Below are positions 45,883 to 59,361 of a DNA stretch of 64,000 bases, piece after piece. Where the stretch lies: the NCBI GenBank assembly GCA_003971905.1, contig RSEE01000099.1:62001-126000 (forward strand). The letters run 5' to 3'. The translations under genes and the position numbers were made by a program. Source of the stretch: Moniliella sp. 'wahieum' (lineage: Eukaryota). The notes below the pieces were generated by a model. The model made no database searches. It was not told where the DNA came from and saw only the letters and a list, made by a program, of their open reading frames with translations. How positions within the stretch are numbered: position 1 is the stretch's first letter; every line of letters starts with the position of its first letter.

Positions 45883-46594
45883 AGAATTTGCTTTGCACCA
45901 GGCCTGCCGAGGAGGGGAAGGCAGATAGATGGTCCTAACTAATCATCGTGGTAGCCAGGACGTACGGCGTTGTAGCTGCGGTACGGTGTTGCATGATGGA
46001 CCAAGAGGGGGATGTGAGCCGATAGGAGAAGCCTACTAGGTGGGCGCGGGCTCCCTTAGACCGCGCTTACCCATACTAACTAGCCCGTCTGGAAATGTCC
46101 TGGCGGCCATGGCGCCGACAGCGTCGTTCGTAGAGGATGGAATGCCTTCTTGCACCTTCTTTTTACCTTCTCCAGTACGGTTGTCCATGCAGCGAGGCGA
46201 TCTGGCATCAGTGCGAAAGGAGACGGGCCCTATCCTCAACGAATGGACGACGGCTTTGACAGAGCCTCGTCCGCTCCCGCCGCATACCACGTGCACCATA
46301 TGGCCGTCGTACGGGAGGGCGTGGACGTGATTCTTCTGCGCGTTCGGGTGGCCCCAGGACGTCGGCCAGCGGGCGCTGGATGCGTCCCATCGTGATGAGA
46401 AGAGGCAATAGGGCTGTCTGGAGTGACTAGCGACTAGCGAGATACGATAATCGGACGCACCTCGACGGCGTACATAAGCAGCCGGCGGTGCGCAGCCACA
46501 CTGCCCCCGCGCACGTTGCCGCTGACGTGGCTGCGCTCGACGCTCGGTCCCCCCGCCTGCTCTGCTACGCCACCCCCATCGCCCCCCCGCCCCC

Positions 46595-47902
46595 ATGGCC
46601 GACGACCGTCCGCTCGTCGTCGACAACGGCACCGGCTTCGTCAAGGCCGGCTATGCCGGCAGCAACTTCCCTGCCCACATCTTTCCCTCCATCGTCGGCC
46701 GCCCATCTTGCGTGTCGAGGAGCGCGACGACCTCGATGTCGAGATCAAGGATGTGATGGTGGGCGACGAGGCGGCGGCCGTGCGCAACTATCTCCAGGTC
46801 ACCCAGCCCATGGAGCACGGCGTAGTTAAGGATTTTGGCGATATGCGCCATGTGTGGAACTACACGTTTGACGAGAAGCTCAAGGTCGATCCGCAAGGCC
46901 GCAAGATCCTACTCACCGAACCCCCGATGAACCCCAAACGCAATCGGGAAGAGATGTGCCAGATCATGTTTGAAGAGTATGGGTTTGATGGGGTGTACGT
47001 GGCGATCCAGGCTGTGCTTACCCTCTACGCCCAGGGCTTGCAGACTGGCGTTGTTGTTGATTCGGGCGATGGCGTGACCCACGTGGTGCCCGTGTACGAA
47101 GGATTTGCTCTCCCCACCTCACGAGGCGTCTGGATGTGGCCGGAAGGGACGTGACACGGTACCTGATCAAGCTGCTGCTCATGCGCGGCTACGCCTTTAA
47201 CCGTACCGCCGACTTTGAAACGGTGCGGGAAATCAAGGAGAAGTTGAGCTACGTTAGGTTCGTCTCCCCCTCCCCCTTTGCCCCCGCGCTTCCACCTTTC
47301 TCTCCCTCGGCGCACCCCACCTGACCTGAACCGCTTAGCTACGACTTGGCCGTGGATAAGAAGCTGGCCGAGGAGACGACGACACTTGTGGAGCAATATG
47401 AGGTACGCCCTTGCCCCCTCGTAGGAGCCGCTGGCGCTGACCCACCCTTTTGGTAGCTTCCCGATGGACGGATTATCAAAGTAGGCTCGGAGCGATTCGA
47501 GGCGCCCGAATGTCTGTTCCAGCCGGAACTGGTGGACGTGGAACAGCCCGGAATGGGCGAGCTGCTGTTCAATACGATCCAGGCGGCGGCGATGGACATC
47601 CGCGCGGAACTGTACAAACATATTGTGTTGTCGGGCGGGTCGTCGATGTACCCAGGCTTGCCCAGCCGGCTGGAAAAGGAGATGAAGCAACTGTACCTGA
47701 CCCGGGTTCTGCGCGGCGACGCATCGCGCCTGCCTGGATTCAAAATTCGGATCGAGGACCCGCCGCGGCGCAAGCACATGGTCTTCCTCGGCGGCGCCGT
47801 CTTGGCGGACATCATGAAGAACCGCGAGTCTTTCTGGGTTACCCGGGAAGAATGGTACGAAAAGGGCCTGCTGCCCTCGACAAGCTTGGGCGAGACGCGT
47901 AG
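46595..47902 (+). CDS. ARP2: Actin-related protein 2; introns 47258-47338 and 47403-47456
   Basis: [86 protein letters not shown]. Confidence 0.97.
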
Positions 47903-48676
47903 CAAGCTTGGCCCGGGAAAAAAAACAACCCAACCAACCAACGGATACTCAGTCATCTCTTGCTATACAGAACAAATGCGCGTGATAGGTGGGCCCAAGT
48001 GTGGCATCGCAAGCAAGCTAGGTGCTACCGCAATAGGCCATGGACTGCGCTTAGAAATGAGCAGATCACGATCTCTCGGACCCAACATACGCTTTCTCAG
48101 CTAATAGTACCTTGGCTTGTGTCCTATTGTTCATTCATGGTTCCATCTGCGCGGGCAGACCCGAATGGGCGGGGAGGAGGGCGCGAGAGATATGGTGTGG
48201 AGCCTGGAGAGGCCTACCGTGCTGTCTGCAGGACGGCCTCGGGGAAGCAGGGGTGCCCTGCATCTCGACATGGGACACCGCAAAGAACGGATGGATGCCA
48301 GGGGATCAAGGAGACATGGGCGGCCCTCCGCAGGAGGCGGAGTGACTGGAATTGATTGCGGCAGTGACTAGTGACGAGTGGCCACAGGAACAGAAAGGAG
48401 GCAAGGCAGGAACCAAAGGGAGAAAAGAAGGGAGACAAGGCACAAAAGTAACGCAAGATGGAAAAGTGGATCAAGGACACCATGGAGCCACCTTCGTTTC
48501 ATGTATCATATCGCTCTCATCCCACCAAGACCGGACCGGACGCCAAGCGCAGAGCGTAAGAGGGTGAGGGGGGGAGGGTGAGGGGGAGAAGGAGGCGGCA
48601 CATGGCCCTGGGTCTACCAAGCCGCAGGGGAACGGTATCTGTGTGCCGACCTATCCGTCCCGGGTCCGGCCCGGGA

Positions 48677-49768
48677 TTACAAGACGGTGAGCAGAGCAAA
48701 GGCTAGGGGGGGCAAGAAGGAAGCCAGCCCGACGAGGGACGACGGTACGGTGCGACCTGCCGCGCTGACTTGAGAAACGCCGAAGTGTTAGCGAGCGCAT
48801 TGACCTGCGTAGCCCACGAGTCTCCACACGTCGCTTGGCCTGCCTTGTAGAGGCGACTGGGTGTGGAGAATGTCCGAGTTGGCCAGCCCAATCGCATATG
48901 GATGGACGTTTCGAATTGAATGTATGCAGCCATGATCTTTTGCGCACACGTGCCGCACAGGATGGACTTGGGGCTGGTAGGCTGGATAAATAGGAAAGGT
49001 AAATTGGTCGAAGCCGCTTCGCTCTGCTGCGACCCCGAGTCTTCCCACACAATCTCCGCCGAACCATCGTCCACATCGGAAATGTCAAACGTCTGGAGAC
49101 TGTCGCTGTCGGCGCGCGCGAGCAGCTCGGCATTGATCTCCGTCAGCTCGTCCACGCCGCGCGCTAGGCGTTGGTACGCGCTCTCCTCGTCTGGAATCGA
49201 ACGCTTGGTCTCGTTGCCCACCTGTCCACTCTCAGCGAGCGTGCTGTCCGCCCAGCGGTTAGTGGCCTATTGCGGCATGGGAGACGAGTGGGGGGGGAAG
49301 GGGGGGGGGGACGCACGTGACGCAGTAGTTGTCCTTGTCATCCTTGGCGCAGAGGGCGTTCTGGAAAGGTGTAATGAGGTAGAGCTTGTCGTACAGCGCC
49401 ACGACATCTCGCCTTGGAGCCACCAGATCCTGGAGGCAATCGGAGGCAAAGTTGTGCACGATGTCCTTCATGGTGGCGGCGCTGCAGCCGGCGCCGGTGG
49501 TGCAGAGGGCATCGAGGGCAGTGGTCAGGGCGTTGGCGTCCGAGGCGGGGGTGGCGCCCTTTTGGTTGGTGGCCTTGGTGTACTGCGTGACGGCAGCAAG
49601 GAGCGGGTCGGTGCACTGGCTAAAGTCCGAGTTGTGGTTGAACACGTTGATGTAGCTCTGGCACTGGGCGCTGGCGTCCGAGGGGATGCCCGTGTCCTGC
49701 GCCCCGGCGAGCGTGGCGACGGCAGCAGCAGCGGCGGCAACAGCGAGGGAGGCTCGACGCAGACGCAT
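48677..49768 (-). CDS. Secreted cysteine-rich protein with probable GPI-anchor signal; intron 49267-49316
   Basis: Signal peptide MRLRRASLAVAAAAAAVATLAGAQ, about 9 Cys, YDKLYLITPFQNALCAKD..YCV, LCGTCAQKIMAAYIQFE, hydrophobic C-terminus SLVGLASFLPPLAFALLTVL. Confidence 0.75.
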
Positions 49769-50200
49769 GGCAGCCAACTAGCCAGCACCGACCGATGCGG
49801 GTCGAAGCGGGGCCAGCCGAAGCAAGGTGGAGTTGGGACGAGACACGCTACCAGATCCGCACGCCTCACCCCATCTCCTCCCCAACGCCGCCGCCCTTGC
49901 TGCCCGCGCGTAGCCGAGCACGTGGACACTGCCCCTGCGCCCACGGGCTCAGCTGCCCCTCCGATGAGAATCATTAATCACCCACCACCCGCGCCAACCC
50001 TAGTATTTTCATGCTGCCCCGTGCCTTTGTTGCGTCCTCCCACGCCTGCACCCGGGGGGGGGACGTATAACCTGTGCGGTGGCTACTCCTACTCCTACTC
50101 CTACTTCTACTACTAGTAGTACCTGTGGGCTGCGACGCAGACAGACAGACTGAGCGGGGCCAGACAGGTCGCGCTGGCTGCTTCGGATGGATTGGTTGGT

Positions 50201-53200
50201 CTACTTTTCAGCATGGCGCACATTGCGGTAGCGCCACAGGCGCGCGCCCACGCCCACGGGATACAGCTTCTGGAGCGCCCTGATCGCCTGCTCGTCCGGC
50301 GGTGCGTACGGCGACGCCCCCGCGGCCAACTGGCGCGCCGAAGCCGTCGTAGCGGCCGCTGGGGCTCGCGTCTTGCGCTGGTTCTTGTCCTGCCCTTGCC
50401 GCTCCTCGGCTGCGCCCGTCGACGCGGACGGGTTCGGGTTGGCATGCTGGGCGGCAAAGGAAAGCATCTGCGCGCGCCGCGTCATGGACGCTTCAATCAG
50501 AGGCTTGAACCGCATCAGTTGCGCCTTGAGCGCATTCTCCCGCACCCCCTTGACGCGCAACCACGCAATCAGTTCATCCACCTGGTGCGGCGTGGTGTAC
50601 GCGGCCCATTGGCCCGGCGGCAGGCGGCCCAGCGGACCCGATTCGGCTTGCAACCGCGTCTGCACCTCGTCCCATCGCAGCGCATGGTCCGCCCAACTTT
50701 TCATGCCTTCAATCGCCTCTACCGGCGCGCCTTGCACGTACAGTCGTCCCACCCCACACAGCTGATCCGCCTGCATCTCCTCCTGCTCTTGCTCTTGCTC
50801 TCTGCTGCTCGTCGCTGCGCCCCGAGCTCTCCGACTCGGCGTCCGACTCGCCCTCTGACCGATCCGCACCGGCACCGGCACCGGCATTGGCATCCGCGTC
50901 GGCCTGACCATACCCCAGCGCGGTCAAGTCCCGTCCGTACCCGCGCGGCGGGTCGGACGCAACGCCATCAAACCACCAGTAGGCATTGTGGAAGCGGTCG
51001 TAGCCCAATGGCGTTTGTCGTGCCGCATGCTCCGATCGTCGCCACGCCTGACTCGCCGTATTGTCTTCGCGTTCCAGCTCGGCCCATTCCGCTGCCAACT
51101 TACGCTTCTCCTCCGCGGCCCACTGGGCGGCTTTGCTCTTGGCTTCCTCGTCCCGTTGGTCCGCTTTGCTCGTCGGGTCCGGCCCAGAGGCAGGAGGCAG
51201 CGTTCCTTCTTCCTTGCCGTCGTCCGACTCGTCGTCCGACCCAACGGGCGTGTTGGCTGCTGTCCCCGTCTCTGGTCCTGGACCAGCGAGCGCGGGTGGG
51301 GGTAGCGGTAGACACAGCCAGTTTGTCCGCCTGACTTTGTGCGCGGGCCAGCGCTTCCAGTTCGCTGCGCCGTTCGTTGCCCACTTTGCGCCGTCGACTG
51401 ATTTCGCCCTTGACTTTGCGCAGGTGGGTAAGATGGTTTTCGCAGTCCTCAAAGAACTGTCGAATGGAGCGCGTACACACGGCCAGTTCGACCAGCCACG
51501 CGAGCAGGGCCAAGCGCTGCTCAGCACTGAGGCACAAGTACCGTTCGGTCAAGTACACACTTAATGGCAAGGCGGGTGTAGGAGCGGGTTGGGCGGTGCC
51601 TTGGTGCTCGTACTGGCTTTGGTGTTTCGGCCGGCGCGGCCGCCGCGCGCACCGCCCTGCTTTGCCCCGTGGCGCAGGGGGCGGCGAAGGGGGTGGAGCA
51701 GGTACGGGAACCGCTGGTTCCAGCGCCGTCAAGCGCGGTCAATCGCCCTGCATCCGTCTCGCCATCCACGCCCAGCGTCAACACCGAAAGGATTTTCCCA
51801 GGAAGTGTGCTGCTCCGTTTCGTCGTACGCGTGCCGCCGGTCCGATGGGCGATAGGTAGCGAGGCAATCGAGTAGCGCATGCAGCCACCCCGATCGGGCC
51901 GAGTGGTAAGTGAGCTGCGACGTGTCCCACGGTCGACCGAGCGGCGCAGCAAGTGTATGTGCCGCCTCCCATAACTTGGCCAACGCATCTTCCTCCTCCT
52001 CCTCTTCGTCTTCCTCTTCGTCCTCTTGCTCGTCCTCCTCCGACGAAGGAGACGAATCGTCATCGTCGTCGTCGTCGTTCTCGTCGTGGTCATTATCGTT
52101 GTCCTCCTCTTCCTCCACCTCCTTGTCCGTCCCCTTGCCCTTGCCTTTCCCTTTCCCCTGTCCTTTCGCCTTACCGTTCCTTGCCGTTCTTCTCAGGCTC
52201 TTCGTCCGAGACGAGCTGGTCAGCCTCTTCCTCTTCGGTCGCTTCGGACTGGTGGCGCGGGCGCCGCTTAGCTCTTCGGCGCGGGGGCGTGGACGGGTCA
52301 GGGGTCGGCTCGCCCGAAGGCGAAGTTGACTGGGCAGCAGAGGGGTGGGGATGGAGACTGTTGGCGGCGGCATGGGCAGCCGCTTGTGCCGCAGCCTTGG
52401 CACTGCTCGCTACCCGCTTCCCCAGCCGACCTCGATCGCGAATGAGGCAGTTGAGCAGGCAGGCGTGGATCTCAATCAACAGCGGAGGGATCTGGCGCGG
52501 TCGACACGCTGGTTCCGTCTCGCTCGTCGAGGCAGAGGAAGAAGCAGCGTCGGGCACACCAAAGCACAATGCAGCTTCCAAATCGTCCAGCCAAAAGTTG
52601 GACAGGTGCAAGAGATGACCACACGTGTTGAGAAAGTGCCAAACGGCAATCCGCGCTTCAAACTGCGCCGGGGTCAAGGTAGCTAGCAAATCGTGTTGGT
52701 CCACTTCCTTCATCCTTGCTAGTGGGGACGACGCACGTGGTCCCTCCCCCTCGCCCGCCCGCGCATCCAGTGCCGGTCCCGGTACCGGTGTGCCCAGCCG
52801 ACTGGGTAGCCCTGACCCCTCCACGTCCTCCTCCATCGGACTCGGCACGTCCGTCGACCCTTCGACCGAACTGGTTTCCACCTCACTCTTGAGCCGCGCC
52901 AGCGGACCGGGCAACCGGTCCCGCCGCACCGGTTCCGGTTCCGGTTCCGCCTCGCCGGGCACAGCAGCAGCAGGATGGGAAGGGAAGAGGTCCTCGAGCT
53001 GAATCCCATGCTGGAGCGCTTGGGCCGCATCGCGTTCGCGTGCAGCCGCAGGGGGTAGGAGCGACCAGACAGGCGGCCTAGGGCGATCGGGACGCCGGTC
53101 CAACTGTTCCTTGGTCTTTTTGCTAGCTAGCTCACGACCGGTGATCATGCCCAGGTCCAAATCTTCCCAGGGGAACTTGGTCGTCTTGCGCAACTCCATT

Positions 53201-55917
53201 CGCCGCACTTCTTCCTGCAGCGACCAGGAGCGGATTTCGACCATGCGCAGGTCTTCGGCGCTAGGGGGCGGTTTGAGCGGGGTAGTGGCCCGACTGACGG
53301 CGGGCGAAGGGCGGGTGGGCGCGGACGAAGCTCCTTCTTCTCCTAGCAACGATGCGTTCCCCCCTGGCGGGACAGGCGGTGCAGGGTGTCCGTGTCCGTG
53401 TCCGTGTCCGTACCCGTTGTGCATGTGCATCCCTGTGGAAGCTGGTGGTGCGGAAGAAGTGGAAACAGGCGTGTCGTCCGCCAAGACCGATTCCGAACGC
53501 GGGCGTTTGACCGACCCGTCAAGCCCGGACAACAGTTTGCGTTTGCGTGCCAAGCTGGCTGCGATGCGACGTTGGAGGCGCGGGTTGTGGCCATCGGCAC
53601 CTCGTCCTGCGACGAACTTGATTCCGACCCTGACAGATCCGACCCGTCTACCACCGGCGACCCGGGATCGTACGTGCCCTCTACCACCGAGCCCGAATCT
53701 GTCCGCTCCATGGGCGGAACGTGCGGGAAGCCCATGGGGAACCAGTGCAGGGGCACAGTGTGCAGTTGTGGGTGCTCGCTGCCCCCCATCGCGTGCTGGC
53801 AAGGGAGTCCGACTAGAGTGGGCCGCCTTACTTTTCCCGTGCCCGCGTCCCCGTGTGCGCGGCCACTACGCTTTCCGCCTTGCCCTCGGTACGTACCTCC
53901 TCCTCGTCCGTGTCGGACGACTGGATCTCGTCGGCCGAGAGCGGCAGTGCCAAAGGAGTTTCGGGTTGTGCTTCCTCTCTTCCTCCTTTCCCTTCCCTTC
54001 CCTTCCTTCACCCTCGGCCTCTTCTTTCTTCCTCTTCCTCAACGTCGAACGCTGTGATGGAGGGGTCGGTCCAACGCATGTTCTTCGGCAAGACCAGGTC
54101 GCGCTTGGTGTGCTCCTCCGAGCCCGCAGCGTGGACGTGCTTGTCGGCAGCGTCGACGCCAGGAGGAAGGGGCACAAGGTACGGCGTCGCCGAGGTGAGG
54201 CGGCCGGCGGCAGTACGAATGAAGCGGCGGACAAGGGCGGGAGACCAACTGCGCGGGTCGCGCGACAATGTTTGGCTCGGACTTCCATAATGCTCGAGGA
54301 GTACACAGCACCCGGCCGTTGGTACCCGCGCTGGATCCGGAACTGGTCGGGTCGCGCAATTGGATGCCATAGAGGTACTCATCATCGTTGTCCAGTTCCT
54401 TGGCCAAGGCCGGGGCCAAAGCCAAGAACGTACCGACCACATGGATCACATCGGCGATCGCACTCGACACGCGGGCGAAACCAGCCTGTTGCAACGCGGC
54501 ATTGGCGCGATGGGCATGGCTTGTCCATGCTCCAGCGCAGTGGAGACAATGGAATGAATAAAGTGCCCCGTTGGCACGCTAAAGGGAGACGCGATCGGCG
54601 GCGTGCGCGGCGGCAAGTGCCGCCGCGCTTGGTCCAGCATCGTCAGTTGTTTCCGCAACAGCGCGCGCGCGGAAAGACACTTTTGATCCGGGCCGCGTGC
54701 TGCTGCCGGCCTGCCAACTCGACAATGACCAGCTCGTTCTCAAAGAACCGGTGGCGGAAACGCTCGTACACCGCATCGGCCAGGGACGTGGACCCGGGCG
54801 GCCGGGAGGGCGGCAGGCCGGCCGCCGGCGGCGGGGGCAGGTCCATGGGGCCCTGGGTTAGCGGGGGCGGGAGACGCAGAAGGCGACATGGGCCGCGGGA
54901 AGGGCGGGAGAGGCGTCTGGGGCGGCGCGGTGGGTGTAGCCATGCCGACCAAGTCCTGGAGGGAGCGCAGGACGGGCAGCTTGAGTGGCGCCGGGAAGTG
55001 GGCGTGCAAGCGGGGCCAGCGCGGCATCTTCGAACTCGAGGGCGTTGAAGAGGCTGACGTTGCGATGGCCGGTGATGCGGTCCATAAAGATGGGTTGGCG
55101 GTAGAGACGGCGCTCGGTGTAGTGTCTGCGATGGGGGGAGAGGGGGAGAGGGGGGACGAAGAAGGGTTAGCCAACCACATCGAGGGAGTGAACGCTGCGC
55201 CTCCTCAGCCAGGGGAGAAAAAAAGGAACATAAAAAAAAATAAAAAGCCAGGCGAGGCGAGGCGAGGTGAGGTGAGGCGGTGAGGCTGAGACCAAGCCAA
55301 GCCAAGCCAAGCCAAGCTAGAGGAGAAAGAGGGCGGGCTGGGCAACAGACGCAGTCAACGAAGGTCAGGGGCACGTACTCATCGTGAGAATATCTCGCCC
55401 GTCTGCGGGAGGAAATAGACAGGGAACTTGGACATGAGGCGCTGGGTGCGCTTGCGATTGGGACGCGGGTAGGGCGGTCGGCCGCGTCGGGTGCGCGTCA
55501 TGGACGAGAGGCCGGTGGCCGAGGGGGGCGGGATGGGAGGACGGAGGGCGAGAGGGGGGCGGGCGGCGGCGGGGCGCAGAGGGCACAGGCGGGCCCCGGT
55601 GCCAGCACCGACGCGGGCGGCGGGGCGGGGGGGTGGCGGGGCGACTGACGCGGTGGGGCGGCGGGGGGAGGCGGGGAGTGGGACGCGTGCGGCGGGTGGG
55701 GCGGGAGGAAGGGGGTGGGGAACGGGCATGCCGGGCGGGGGCGGGTAGGGCGGGGGGGCGAGGGGAGGTAGAAGACGGGCTGCGGGTAGTACCCGGACGG
55801 CGGCGGGGGGGGCGGGGGCGGGCGGTAGGCGCTGGAGGTGGGGGGGCTGTGGGGGGGGTAGACATCCAGCCGCCGCGGCGGGGGCGGCGGGGGCCTTGGC
55901 GGCTGCTCGGAGGGCAT
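50201..55917 (-). CDS. ITC1: Itc1/ACF1-like ISWI-complex subunit (WAC, DDT, WHIM, WSD domains); intron 55126-55378
   Basis: WAC: VYFLPQTGEIF...YRQPIFMDRITGHRNVSLFNALEFE, VYERFRHRFFENE. DDT: VWHFLNTCGHLLHLSNFWLDDLEAAL. WHIM: YLCLSAEQRLALLAWL. WSD: PLGYDRFHNAYWWFDG, WAAYTTPHQVDELIAWLRVKGVRENAL. Confidence 0.85.
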
Positions 55918-58249
55918 GCGGCCGAGGCGGGTGGTGGTGGTGGTGGTGGAGGAGGTGTGGTGGTGGAGGTGGCGGTGGCAGTGGCGGTGGTGGTGGTGGG
56001 AGAGAGGGGCGGGGCGGCGGGGCGTGCTGCGGCTGGGGTCGGCTGGCCCCCGCGAGAAGATATACGACACCGCCCGGCGCGCGGCACCAGGCCACTCTGC
56101 CCCTCTGCCTGCGTCGCGGTGCGCACAGCACGCTGGCGCCGTGCGGCCCCCACATGTGCTCGCCAAGGCACGCCCCCGCGCGGCGCCAGTGTGCGGCCCC
56201 ACACAGGCGCCGTGCCTGCGGCCGCATTCGGCTGGCGCTGCGCCGGCGCAGATGCCCGACTGTCCTCCTAGCAAACCGTGCGTCATCCGCCCCACGCGCC
56301 CAGTCTGTCCGCCCCTTCTGGCGTGCTCCTCGCTTCCGCCTCCGGGGCGGTCTGCCACGCCCCGAGCCCATCTCCATCCGTCCTGGCGGCATGCCCATCC
56401 GCGTGGGGTGCTGCCTTCGTTGCGTTGGTTGTGTATATATCTCCCCTCCCCCTCCCCCTGCCGCCCCTTCTTTCCTTTGTCCCCATGTCGTTGTGATGGG
56501 AGCGAGAACGGCGAAGGCGCGGCGCGTCAGCCCCTCCCTCGCCCACTCGCCCTCCTCCCACACACGCTCCTCCAGTCTGGGACGTGCGGGGAGGGGCACG
56601 CCGAGCGGCACTATAATAACGAACAGCAGCAACACACACACATCCCTTTCAGCCTCCGAGAGCAAGTACATACAGACACAGATGTTTGGTGCCAAACGCA
56701 CACGCCCGTGCTTCGTGCTGTTCCTTGGGTCATCAGCGCATCATCCTGGAGGGACGCGTGACTAACTACCCTCCCACAACGTAGAGCTTGATTTGCGTGT
56801 CTCCTCCACACACTCATATTACTGTGCCCTGTTCGTCGTGCGGCCAATGCGCGAGAGACGTTAACTATAAGGGTGGGTGTTGTTACATAGAGTAGCATGC
56901 GCCGTGTTGTACATTATAAAAAGTCTATTGCTCTGATGGGCGGAAGAGCGGGGTAGCGTGAGATTTTTGAGAGGGGTTCCCCGGACGCGCCTGCGCTTGA
57001 GCGAAGAGGCGCATGGACCAGCGTCCCGGCGGGACGGGGGGGCAAAAGGGCAGAAGAGTAGAAGGGCAGAATTCAGGGGCAGTGGATGGGGACGGGGCTG
57101 GGCTGGAAAACGGGGGCTGTGTTCAGTGAGCGGCTGAGCTCAGGCTGAGCGCGCTGAGGCTCCCAATTCCAGCGGTCTCGACAGCTTCCACGGTGGCCAT
57201 CTGGCTCAAACCAGACGCTGGCTATCGGACAGCAGTTATCATGCATCGTGCACAGCGATGTCACATGTGACATGTGATGTCACAGATGATCGATCGTCAT
57301 GCGTCATGCGTCATGCGTCACGCCGAGTCAGGCTTCAAGCTAACTTTCAAACTATCCAACCAGGCGCACGCCACTAGGGTTGCCGTTGCAGCACAGCCAG
57401 ACGGGACGGCGGGACCCCTGCGCCTGCCGGCCACTGCCCCCCTGCCGGCACCTCTCTCCGCGCTCACCCTCAGGCCTCACGCATCATGCATCAGACAGCC
57501 CGTGGCTCCATCGACACGGTGCCAGCAGTGCAGCGCATGTTGACACGTCGACGCCCTGCACGCGTGCACGCGTGGACGGACGTTTTGCCCACGATCAGTG
57601 GAATGGAATTGTGGGTATAGTCCACACTCCACAGGCTAGCCCACCGCTCAGCCGCTGCGCACTGCCTCCGCCTGGCTCAGCATGCGCACGAGACGGGCAA
57701 TGTGTGTGCCATCGGTGTCGCCTCCAGCCGAAGTGGCTTTTGGCTTGGTCTTTTATTGGCTTCCTTCTCCTGAGGCCTCCTGAGGCCTCCCGAGGCGGGG
57801 GCACTGGGTACTACTTGGTGTTCCCTGTGCGGTTCCTACTCGGTACTAGTCCTACCCGACTCGATTGCCGCCAGTCGCGCAGTGGCTGAGCAACCAAATG
57901 CACTCCGCTGAGTTATAAGTACACTGCCCAAGACCGAGCTATCACGCACCCAAAACGGCACCAGCCTCGCCACACGCATCAGCCACATCTCGCTGGGCCA
58001 CCCCTCCTTCCTTCCGTCCCGCACGCACACCGGCCATCCCCTCCTCTCCATCAAAGCAGAGCAGAGACTGCGAAACCACACGCAAAAGGCCCCAAAAAGG
58101 AGGTGTATGCACCCGTGTTGTGTGTGTATATACATGAGACGGCTTACAATATATCCCGCGGAGGTGTGTTCCACATGTTGCAGGGGTTCCATGTTATACG
58201 ACGCACCAGCATCCTCCTTATGTAACCCCTCCCTGTAGTTTAGTATCCA

Positions 58250-59161
58250 TGTTCCCGCTCTCCCTCCCGGCTGCCGACAAAGGGCATTCATCTTCTTCCA
58301 CCACCCCCACTCTGTCGCCTGGCTGCATCTGCCATCAACGGCCTCCACACCAATGGATCTAGTACGTCGTCGCTTCGGCATCCAATCTCTTTTGTCTGAC
58401 CCGTCTACTGCAGGACTTGGCACACGTTCACTTTGGCCGGGCGCGTGGCGCGCCCCCCACCGTGCTTCGTCCGGCCGAATCCGACGAGCTGGGCACCCTC
58501 TTGAGCAAGGCCCAGCAGGTGGGAAAGATTGTTTTGAATAGAGGGTCGATCGCCGAGGCACTCAAGGCGCTCCCCAGCAGCGAGGGACAAGAGCCTCGCA
58601 CCGTGGACGGTTCTATGCCTTCGGTGGAATGCCTGGCTCAGCGTGCGTACCTTCCCCACCTTCTTGCTCCGTTCCCCTCTTTGTCGTTCTCGTTTCTCGT
58701 TTGCCGGTTGTCTTGCTGTGAACTGACGCAGGACATGCATTCATGCTAGTGCGGGGCGCATGCAGGCTCGTTGGCGCCCATGGCCTGGACACAGTACCGG
58801 CTCTTCCAGCAGGGCAGCCTCGTCCCCCCTCCTATATCTGGTCCGAACCCGAACTCTCTTCCGCAGGCTTCACCTCGGCCAAAGTGGTGGCCTACACGGG
58901 ATCTCAGTCAGAGACCGGACTGTCATCCAAGCTGAGCGCGTTGGATGTTCTTTACCCCCTTCCTCGCGTCCTAGGCGGGAAGACATGCGCACCATTCATC
59001 TGCTCGTGTTTGAGACCAACCACAAGCATCTCCTCCCCTTCTCTTGGCTGTAGCCAAAATCCAAGAACTAACTAAAGAAGGAAGATACGGGTCACAAGGC
59101 CAAGGAACGGTACGCGTTCTTCTCCGGGCTAAACAAGTATGTGGTAGGACTGGATGCGTAG
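58250..59161 (+). CDS. Hypothetical multi-exon gene
   Basis: Introns GTACGT(58362)...CTGAC...CAG(58412) and GTGCGT(58642)...CTGAC-CAG(58731) join the ORF fragments in frame; no family recognised. Confidence 0.35.
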
Positions 59162-59361
59162 GTAGCTACGATGTGGGTTTATATATATAGCTTGATGGTG
59201 GAGCAAACCGCCAGCGAGGACCGTACGTTTTTTATGTTTTTTTCCCTGATGACGCGCTCCCTTACCTCGACCTACTAACCCATTCTACCATATATAGTGT
59301 TCCGTGCGCTCCATGCCCAGCTGGAAACGGTGAAGCGTGCCACGGCGAGAAAGAATGGCAA

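Noticed and set aside
12498..47902. Calling NSA2, GCN20, ARP2 and CHS pseudogenes
   Set aside because: High protein conservation with indel-only damage in all genes points to sequencing error.
48920..50116. 398-aa plus-strand ORF
   Set aside because: Antisense to the secreted protein gene and crosses its intron; shadow ORF.
53111..55048. 645-aa plus-strand ORF
   Set aside because: Antisense shadow of the ITC1-like gene in GC-rich DNA; no motifs.
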